Part shown: positions 25,916-33,251 of the stretch, in pieces
Layout of the letters: each line of letters starts with the position of its first letter
Position numbering within the stretch: position 1 is the first letter of the stretch
Notes under the pieces: generated by a model
The model's database searches: none
What the model was told of the DNA's origin: nothing
Seen by the model: only the letters and a program-made list of their open reading frames with translations
Translations under genes and position numbers: made by a program
DNA from: Candidatus Stercoripulliclostridium merdipullorum
Lineage (GTDB): Bacteria > Bacillota > Clostridia > Christensenellales > DTU072
Length of the DNA: 64,000 nucleotides
Assembly: GCA_018713745.1 (NCBI GenBank)
Contig: DVOH01000016.1
Span: 15,604-79,603 of the forward strand
Direction: 5' to 3'

Positions 25916-27168
25916 ACGCCAAAGTATTCCCATCCCGTTTGTCGGGGCGGGTGGAAGCCGTCCCCTCCAAGTCCTACGCTCATCGGATGCTGATTGCGGC
26001 GGCGCTTGCCGACCGCCCGACGCGGATTAACCGCATCGGCAGATCGCAAGACGTATGCGCCACGATCGGGGGATTAATTGCGTTGGGTGCAACAATCGAA
26101 CGGAAAGGAGAGGACGTTATCGTCCATCCCGTTTCCGCGCCGCCCGCATCCGCCCTCGTCGATTGCAACGAGTCCGGGTCGACGCTCCGCTTTTTGATTC
26201 CGGTCGCCGCGGCGCTCGGCGTCGAAGCGACGTTTGTCGGAAAAGGACGGCTTGCGGAGCGTCCCGTCGCCGCACTGGTCGATGCCCTCGGACAGGCGGG
26301 CGTTCGCATCGAAGGGACGGGACTGCCCCTTTCGATCTGCGGCAGGTTGACTTCGGATGGCGTCGAAGTCGACGGAGGTCTGAGTTCGCAATATGTCACG
26401 GGGATGCTGTTTGCGCTGGCGGCGCAGGGCGGCAATCGTCGTCTGAAGGTCAAGGGGAAACGGGTTTCCGAAAGTTATCTTGCCCTGACAATCGATGTGC
26501 TTGCCCGCTTCGGCGTGCGGGTCACGGCAACCGCGGAAGGATATACGGTCGTCGGCAATCTTCGCTCTCCCGGGGAAATTACGGTCGAGGGCGACTGGTC
26601 AAACGCGGCGTTTTTTGCCGTTTGCGGCGCGCTGTCGGGGACGATCGAGATCGTTAATCTTAATCCCCACAGCCTGCAGGGCGACCGTCGGATTGTTTCG
26701 ATCCTCGAAGAAGCGGGAGCGGCGGTCGAAGCGGGGGACGATTTTGTCAGGGTTTCGGCGGGAAAACTGAAAGCGATTTCCGCCGATTGCGAGCAAATCC
26801 CCGATCTGGTCCCCGTTGTCGCCGTGCTGACGGCGTTTGCGGAGGGCAGGAGCGTGTTGACGGGAGTTGCCCGTCTTAAGCTGAAAGAGAGCGATCGTTT
26901 GACGCAAACCGTTCGGCTGATCGAAGGTCTGGGCGGCGCGGCAAGCGCGACCGAGCATCGTATCGTCGTTGACGGACAGAGTGCGTTGCAAGGCGGACAA
27001 ACCATAGAAGGCACCAACGATCATCGGCTGGTGATGGCGGGTGCCGTCGGCGCGGCGGCAACGACGCTCGGCGCAACGATTACGGATGCCGAAGCGGTCC
27101 ACAAGTCATATCCCGATTTTTGGGAAGTATTTGAAGCAACGGGAGGCAGATATGAGCTGGATGTTTGA
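25912..27168 (+). CDS. aroA: 3-phosphoshikimate 1-carboxyvinyltransferase (EPSP synthase)
   Basis: 418-aa ORF. Motifs PSKSYAHR, NESGSTLRFL, LKESDR, DHRLVMA. Confidence 0.9.
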   Translation: MNAKVFPSRLSGRVEAVPSKSYAHRMLIAAALADRPTRINRIGRSQDVCATIGGLIALGATIERKGEDVIVHPVSAPPASALVDCNESGSTLRFLIPVAAALGVEATFVGKGRLAERPVAALVDALGQAGVRIEGTGLPLSICGRLTSDGVEVDGGLSSQYVTGMLFALAAQGGNRRLKVKGKRVSESYLALTIDVLARFGVRVTATAEGYTVVGNLRSPGEITVEGDWSNAAFFAVCGALSGTIEIVNLNPHSLQGDRRIVSILEEAGAAVEAGDDFVRVSAGKLKAISADCEQIPDLVPVVAVLTAFAEGRSVLTGVARLKLKESDRLTQTVRLIEGLGGAASATEHRIVVDGQSALQGGQTIEGTNDHRLVMAGAVGAAATTLGATITDAEAVHKSYPDFWEVFEATGGRYELDV

Positions 27169-28213
27169 GCGGTTGCGTTTGTCGGTGTTCGGCGAGTCGC
27201 ACGGCAAGGCGATCGGTGCGGTAATCGAAGGCTTGCCGGCAGGCGAGGCCGTCGACCTTGAAGCGATCAAATGCTGTATGGAGCGGAGAAAAGGGAAATC
27301 CGCCGCGGTTTCGACGACGCGCGGGGAGTCGGACGAAGTCGAAATTCTGTCGGGACTGTACCGCGGCAAGACGACGGGTACTCCTTTGGCGTTGCAGATC
27401 GTCAATCGCACGCAACGGAGCGAAGACTACGATCTGACGGTGTTTCGTCCGTCGCATGCCGATTATACCGCGCAAATCCGTTACGGCGGCAACGCCGATA
27501 TGCGCGGCGGCGGGCATTTTTCGGGCAGGCTGACCGCACCTCTTGTGGCTGCGGGTGCGATTGCAAAGCAAATTTTAGGGCGGCGCGCGATCGAAGTCGA
27601 AGCGTTTGTGTCGTCCGTGGGTGCAGTCAAAGGACTGACGTACGAAAGCGTGTCCGACCCGACCGAAATTGCGGCAAGACGAACCGAAGTCGTCGGCGCG
27701 CTGGATGACGAAAGCGCAATGCTTGCCGTCATTCGCGCGGCGCGCGAGCAGGGCGACTCGGTCGGCGGAACGGTCGATTGTGTTGCGGCAGGGTTGCCTG
27801 CCGGGTACGGCGATCCCTTGTGGTACGGCGTCGAAAGCCGACTTGCGGCGATGCTGTTCGGGATTCCGGCGGTCAAAGGGGTGGAGTTCGGCAGAGGGTT
27901 CGGATTGGCTGAGATGCGCGGGAGCGAAGCAAACGATCCGTTTGCCCTGCGGGAAGGAAGAGTTGTTACGACAAGCAACCGGAGCGGCGGTATCAACGGC
28001 GGAATCACCAACGGAATGCCGTTGACGTTCCGTACGGCGTTCCGACCGACGCCGACGATCTTTGTGCCGCAGAAAACCGTGACGGCAGAGGGACGGGAAA
28101 CGGAATATTCCGTCAAAGGCAGACACGACGGATGTATCGTTCCGCGGGCGGCAGTCGTGGTCGAATGTGCGGCGGCGCTGATCCTGTTGGATCTTGCCGA
28201 ACGCTATCGCTGA
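27152..28213 (+). CDS. aroC: Chorismate synthase
   Basis: ATG at 27152 after GGGAGG. FGESHGKAIGAVIEGLPAG, RPSHADYT and GRHD motifs. Overlaps the aroA end. Confidence 0.9.
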   Translation: MSWMFERLRLSVFGESHGKAIGAVIEGLPAGEAVDLEAIKCCMERRKGKSAAVSTTRGESDEVEILSGLYRGKTTGTPLALQIVNRTQRSEDYDLTVFRPSHADYTAQIRYGGNADMRGGGHFSGRLTAPLVAAGAIAKQILGRRAIEVEAFVSSVGAVKGLTYESVSDPTEIAARRTEVVGALDDESAMLAVIRAAREQGDSVGGTVDCVAAGLPAGYGDPLWYGVESRLAAMLFGIPAVKGVEFGRGFGLAEMRGSEANDPFALREGRVVTTSNRSGGINGGITNGMPLTFRTAFRPTPTIFVPQKTVTAEGRETEYSVKGRHDGCIVPRAAVVVECAAALILLDLAERYR

Positions 28214-28250
28214 AAATCGAAAAAATACCGATCGAGAGGAGAAATATAAT

Positions 28251-29390
28251 ATGTTAACCGAAATCAGAGAGAAAATCGATGCAATTGACGACAAGATCGC
28301 GGCGCTGTACGACGAACGGATGAAACTGGTCAAAGAAGTGGCGCTCGAGAAGAGCAAAACAGGCGTTAATCTGGTCGATCGCGGACGGGAAAAGGCCATT
28401 GTCAGCCGTGTGACCAAAGCGGTTTCGCCCGACATCAAAGTGTTTACCAAACTGGTATACGATACGATTTTCGAGACCAGCAGAGGGTATCAGAGTCGCT
28501 ATCTCAACGCGACGTCGCCGACGGCGCAGGCGATTGCGGAAGCAATCGAAGGCGGAGCGCTGAAGTTTCCCGAAGCGGCAACGGTTGCCTGCCAAGGGGT
28601 GGAAGGGGCATACAGCAATCTTGCCGCCGAAAAACTGTTCCGCCTTGCCGATATCATGTATTTCAAAAATTTCGAAGGTGTATTCAACGCCGTCGAAAAG
28701 GGACTTTGCGAGTACGGCGTTTTGCCCATCGAAAACAGTTCGGTCGGGTCGGTCAACGCGGTATACGATCTGATGCGCGAACATCGCTTTTATATCGTGC
28801 GGAGCGTCAAGCTGCGTGTAAGACACAGCTTGCTTGCCGTGCGTCAAACGACCAAAGACGCCATCCGCGAGGTCGTATCGCACGAACAGGCGCTTCGGCA
28901 GTGCGAAGGCTTTTTGAAAACGCTGAAAAACGTCAAGATCACCGTGGTCGACAACACCGCGCAGGCGGCGCGCATCGTTGCCGAAAGCGGTCGGAAAGAT
29001 CTTGCGTGTCTGTCTTCTCCCGAGTGTGCCGCACTTTACGGGCTTGGCGTCGTGCAAAGCGACGTGCAGGACTCCGACACCAATTATACGCGGTTTATTT
29101 GCATTTCCAAAAAACTCCGGATTTTTGCGCCGGCAACGCGCATCAGCATGATGGTCAGCCTGCCGCACGAGCCGGGCAGCCTCAACCGAACGCTCAACAA
29201 GTTTGCCGTTTTGGGACTCAATCTGACCAAATTGGAATCCCGTCCCTTGCCGAACAGTACGTTTGAGTTTATGTTCTATTTCGACTTCGAAGGGCAGCTC
29301 GAAAATCGCGAGGTGCAAAACCTGATTGCCGAACTCGAAGGCGACAGCGCGATGTTCACCTTCCTCGGCAGCTACGCAGAGGTGCAGTGA
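28251..29390 (+). CDS. pheA: Bifunctional chorismate mutase / prephenate dehydratase (P-protein) with C-terminal ACT domain
   Basis: ATG at 28251 after GAGAGGAG. N-terminal CM helix (IREKIDAIDDKIAALYDERMKLV), PDT core (VACQGVEGAYSNLAA...PIENSSVGSV...TRF), then an ACT-like tail. Confidence 0.85.
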   Translation: MLTEIREKIDAIDDKIAALYDERMKLVKEVALEKSKTGVNLVDRGREKAIVSRVTKAVSPDIKVFTKLVYDTIFETSRGYQSRYLNATSPTAQAIAEAIEGGALKFPEAATVACQGVEGAYSNLAAEKLFRLADIMYFKNFEGVFNAVEKGLCEYGVLPIENSSVGSVNAVYDLMREHRFYIVRSVKLRVRHSLLAVRQTTKDAIREVVSHEQALRQCEGFLKTLKNVKITVVDNTAQAARIVAESGRKDLACLSSPECAALYGLGVVQSDVQDSDTNYTRFICISKKLRIFAPATRISMMVSLPHEPGSLNRTLNKFAVLGLNLTKLESRPLPNSTFEFMFYFDFEGQLENREVQNLIAELEGDSAMFTFLGSYAEVQ

Positions 29391-29391
29391 C

Positions 29392-30606
29392 GTGTACGGA
29401 CTGATCGGCAATCCGCTGGGGCACAGCTACTCGGCGATGATCCACAAAAAGTTAGGGTACGACTACGCGTTGCAAGAAGTCGAACCCGAAGCCCTCGAGG
29501 CGTTTGTCAAAAGTCGCCGCTTTACGGGCTATAACGTTACGATCCCGTACAAGCGGGCGATTATGCCCCTTCTGGACGTCATCGACAAGACGGCGGAGGC
29601 GGTCGGCGCGGTCAATACCGTCATCGATCGCGCGGGGGTCAGGACGGGCTACAACACCGATCTTGACGGAATGGCGTATGCCATGCGGTCGGCAGGGATT
29701 CGGCTTCGGGACAAATCGGTCGTCATACTGGGCACGGGCGGCACGTCGCACACCGCCGTTGCGCTTGTTCGGCGCGAAGGGGCGCGGAAGGTGACGATCG
29801 TCAGTCGGAAAGGAGAGTGGAATTACGACAATTATGCCGCCCTGACCGATACCGAGATCGTCATCAACACGACTCCCGTCGGGATGTATCCCGACAACGG
29901 GTCTCGCCCTGTCGATCTCGCGGTGTTTCCGAGGCTCGAAGGAGTGTTCGACGCGGTATACAACCCCTTGAAAACCCGACTGATTCTGCAAGCGGAGTCC
30001 CTCGGCGCAAAGTGTGCGGGAGGATTGAAAATGCTGGTGGCGCAAGCCGTCTACGCCCGCAATCTTTTTTTGGAAGAAGCGGGGGACGACGCGCTGATCG
30101 AAACGGTTTATGACGCCTTGCTGAAAGAAGTGCGCAATCTCGTTTTGGTCGGCATGCCCGGGTCGGGGAAGTCGACGATCGGCTTTCAGCTTGCGCGCTT
30201 TTACGGGATGCCGTTTGTCGACGTCGACCGTCTGATCGAGCGTAACGCGGGGAAGACGGTTGCCGCGATCTTCGATGCCGAAGGCGAAGCAGGCTTCCGG
30301 CAAAGGGAGCGTCGGGCGATCGAGGCGGTTTCCAAACGGAAAGGCATCGTGATCGCAACGGGAGGCGGCGCGGTCTGCGACGCCGAAAACCGCTTGCAAT
30401 TACGCGGAAACGGGACTATAATTTATCTGAAGCGTGACGCGCAAGCGTTGGCAACGGACGGCAGACCTCTTTCGTCTTCGTTGGAGAAGTTATGTGAAAT
30501 GGAAGCTGTGCGCGCGCCGATTTACGCTTCGGTCGCCGATTTTACGGTCGACAACAACGGCGGAATCGGAGCGACCGTTGCCGCCGTCCTGAAGGAGCTC
30601 GGATGA
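29392..30606 (+). CDS. aroE/aroK: Shikimate dehydrogenase fused to shikimate kinase
   Basis: Probable GTG start at 29392, 1 nt after the pheA stop, with AGAGG about 10 nt upstream. The N-terminal part is AroE (YGLIGNPLGHSYS, NVTIPYK, NTD). From about residue 250 there is a Walker A (GMPGSGKSTIG) and shikimate-kinase pattern. Confidence 0.8.
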   Translation: MYGLIGNPLGHSYSAMIHKKLGYDYALQEVEPEALEAFVKSRRFTGYNVTIPYKRAIMPLLDVIDKTAEAVGAVNTVIDRAGVRTGYNTDLDGMAYAMRSAGIRLRDKSVVILGTGGTSHTAVALVRREGARKVTIVSRKGEWNYDNYAALTDTEIVINTTPVGMYPDNGSRPVDLAVFPRLEGVFDAVYNPLKTRLILQAESLGAKCAGGLKMLVAQAVYARNLFLEEAGDDALIETVYDALLKEVRNLVLVGMPGSGKSTIGFQLARFYGMPFVDVDRLIERNAGKTVAAIFDAEGEAGFRQRERRAIEAVSKRKGIVIATGGGAVCDAENRLQLRGNGTIIYLKRDAQALATDGRPLSSSLEKLCEMEAVRAPIYASVADFTVDNNGGIGATVAAVLKELG

Positions 30607-31040
30607 AAATACTTTGTCTGCACGGACCCAACCTCAATTTGCTCGGCATTCGCGAACCCGATCTGTACGGGGATCGCTCTTATCGCGCGCTGATTGCGTT
30701 TGTGCGGCGCGTCGCCGCGGAGCAGGGCGTTTCGATCCGTTGCAAACAGACCAATCACGAAGGAAAACTCGTCGATTGGATTCAGAAAGCGCGGGGACGT
30801 TATGACGGGATCGTCATCAACGCCGGCGCATATACCCATACCTCGGTCGCCGTTCTCGACGCCTTGAAAGCGGTGGGCATCCCCACGGCGGAAGTCCATC
30901 TGACCGATATCGACAGCCGCGAAGATTTCCGAAAGCACAGTTATATTTCGCTTTATGCCGCCGTTCGGGTGGCGGGCGAAGGGTTCGAAGGGTATCGCCG
31001 CGCATTGACGGAGCTGGTTGCGTTATGTCGGAACTCTTAG
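30603..31040 (+). CDS. aroQ: Type II 3-dehydroquinate dehydratase
   Basis: 145-aa ORF MKILCLHGPNLNLLGIREPDLYG...QTNHEG...INAGAYTHTS. Confidence 0.9.
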   Translation: MKILCLHGPNLNLLGIREPDLYGDRSYRALIAFVRRVAAEQGVSIRCKQTNHEGKLVDWIQKARGRYDGIVINAGAYTHTSVAVLDALKAVGIPTAEVHLTDIDSREDFRKHSYISLYAAVRVAGEGFEGYRRALTELVALCRNS

Positions 31041-33208
31041 CGCCCGCGGGGAATCTCGACAGCTTTTTTGCCGCCGTCAACAACGGCGCCGATGCCGTTT
31101 ATCTCGGATTGAAATCCTTTTCGGCGCGGCAGGGCGCGGACAACTTCGACCGCGAACAATTAGTCCGACTGATCGGAGAAGCCAAATTACGGGGCGTTAA
31201 AGTTTATGTCGCCCTTAATACGATTGTCAAAGAGGCAGAACGCGCCTCTTTTTTCGCGTCTGCCGCCGAAGCGTGGCACGCGGGTGCCGACGCGCTGATT
31301 CTGCAAGACGTTTTTCTCGGCAAAGCGATGAAGGACGCCGATCCCCGACTCGTTTTGCATCTCTCGACGCAAGCGGGCGTCAACAATGTCGCGGGCGCCG
31401 AGGCGGCGAAGGAATTCGGCTTTGACCGCGTGATCTTGTCGCGGGAAACGGCACTGGAAGAAATTGCCGAAATCGCAAAGATTCTCCCCACCGAAGTCTT
31501 TGTGCAGGGGGCGTTGTGTACGGCGTTTTCGGGGCAATGCTATCTGTCGGGATTTGCGGGCGGCAACAGCGGCAACCGCGGCAGGTGCAAGCAGCCCTGC
31601 CGCAAGCGTTACCGCCTGAGCGGTGGCGGAGAAGAGCGGGAGGGCTATCTGATTTCGCTTGCCGATCTTTCGGTCGGGCATAAGATCGATCGTCTGATCG
31701 AAGCGGGCGTTACGTCGTTCAAAATCGAAGGGCGCATGCGCCGTCCCGAATATGTAGCGGCGGCGTGCCGCTATTATCGCGCGTTGCTGGACGGGAGAGA
31801 CGGGGTCGCCGATCTCTCGGCACTGAAGCGCGCCTATAACCGCGGCGATTATACCGAAGGGTACGCGTTCGGGCAAAAAACGGGACTGCTTTCGACGCGC
31901 GTTCAAAACCATATCGGCGAAGAAGTCGGTCGTATCGATCGGATTTCGGGCAACCTTATCACCGTAAGAGGGTATCAAAATCCGGAGATCGGAGACGGAT
32001 TTAAGATTTTGCGGAAGGGCGCGGAGATCGGCGGCGCCGAAGCGGTGCGCGCGGGCGGCGCCGTTGCGATTCGACTGATCGGCAACGCGGCGGCGCAAAG
32101 AGGCGACAGCGTTCGAATTACGACGGACGTAAGACTCAACCGCACGTTGGCCGAGGCAAAACAAACGGTACCGGTGACGGTCGAAGCACGCCTGATCGGG
32201 GGCGAAAAGGGCAGTCTGCAGGCGTCTTGCCGCGGCGTGAAAGCGGAAAGGACGTTTGACGTCGGCGTTGCACGCACGGCGCCGCTCGATCCTCCGACCG
32301 TTGTCGAGATTCTCGGCAAGACGGGGACGTTGCCGTTTACGCCGACAATTTTTGTCGAAACGGAACACGCGTTTTTGCCCCGTTCCGTCCTCAATGCCGA
32401 GCGCCGCGCGTTATACGAGTCCCTTGCCGAAGCCTTGATCGGGGAGCCGCGCCCCTTGCAGGCGGTGCAACCGGCCGAACCTGTCGTCGCGAAGCGTCTA
32501 GGCGGAAAAGTCGCGGTGATCGCAAGCCGCTTTCCGCATGCGGACGGGATCGACGTTGCCGTATTTGCGCCCGACGATTATCGGGACGAGGGGGCAAGAG
32601 AGGCATATTTTGCCGTCGTTCCCGCGGGGAAACGCTATTTGTATCTTCCTCCGTTTTTCAACAATCGCGATCTTGCCGTGTTGCAAGATGCCGTCCGTGG
32701 GTTTGACGGCGTGTATACCGAAACCGCGGCGGGTTATTCCTTTGCCGCCGAAAACGGGAAGCAAGTTTTTACGGGAACGGGGATGCACGTTCTCAACCGC
32801 ACCGACGTTGCCTTTGCCGCCGCGCGCGGCGCCTTTGCTTATTCCAAAGAAGGGACGCTCAAAGAAGTTGCCGAAGGGGGCGGCGACGGCTATTATACGG
32901 TCGGCGGCAGCGTGAAACTGATGGATCTCGTCCATTGCCCGTTCGGAGGGCAATGTTCGGGGTGCAGGCGGGGCAGAGTGTTTCGCTTGACCGACGAAGA
33001 GGGCAGGACGTTTCTGCTAAGACGCGTCAGCTTGTCGTCTTGCCGCTTCGAGCTTTACGACGCCCGACCCCTTGCTTGCGATTTCGAGGGCAATCGTCTT
33101 TATAATGCCGTTCTGCATCCCTTTTCAATCGTCGGAAAGTCCGCCGCCGCCCTGCGCGCAATGCTTCCGGACGCCACGACGGGGCATGCCTTCAAAGGGG
33201 TATTGTAA
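31025..33208 (+). CDS. U32 family protein, long form (N-terminal U32 domain plus extended C-terminal region)
   Basis: 727-aa ORF MSELLAPAGNLDSFFAAVNNGADAVYLG..., FVQGALCTAFSGQC, RGRCKQPCR. Overlaps the aroQ end by 16 nt, so it is probably part of the aro transcription unit. Confidence 0.8.
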   Translation: MSELLAPAGNLDSFFAAVNNGADAVYLGLKSFSARQGADNFDREQLVRLIGEAKLRGVKVYVALNTIVKEAERASFFASAAEAWHAGADALILQDVFLGKAMKDADPRLVLHLSTQAGVNNVAGAEAAKEFGFDRVILSRETALEEIAEIAKILPTEVFVQGALCTAFSGQCYLSGFAGGNSGNRGRCKQPCRKRYRLSGGGEEREGYLISLADLSVGHKIDRLIEAGVTSFKIEGRMRRPEYVAAACRYYRALLDGRDGVADLSALKRAYNRGDYTEGYAFGQKTGLLSTRVQNHIGEEVGRIDRISGNLITVRGYQNPEIGDGFKILRKGAEIGGAEAVRAGGAVAIRLIGNAAAQRGDSVRITTDVRLNRTLAEAKQTVPVTVEARLIGGEKGSLQASCRGVKAERTFDVGVARTAPLDPPTVVEILGKTGTLPFTPTIFVETEHAFLPRSVLNAERRALYESLAEALIGEPRPLQAVQPAEPVVAKRLGGKVAVIASRFPHADGIDVAVFAPDDYRDEGAREAYFAVVPAGKRYLYLPPFFNNRDLAVLQDAVRGFDGVYTETAAGYSFAAENGKQVFTGTGMHVLNRTDVAFAAARGAFAYSKEGTLKEVAEGGGDGYYTVGGSVKLMDLVHCPFGGQCSGCRRGRVFRLTDEEGRTFLLRRVSLSSCRFELYDARPLACDFEGNRLYNAVLHPFSIVGKSAAALRAMLPDATTGHAFKGVL

Positions 33209-33251
33209 AAATAAAGCTTACTTCATGATAAACAATATATAGGGAGGAGTT

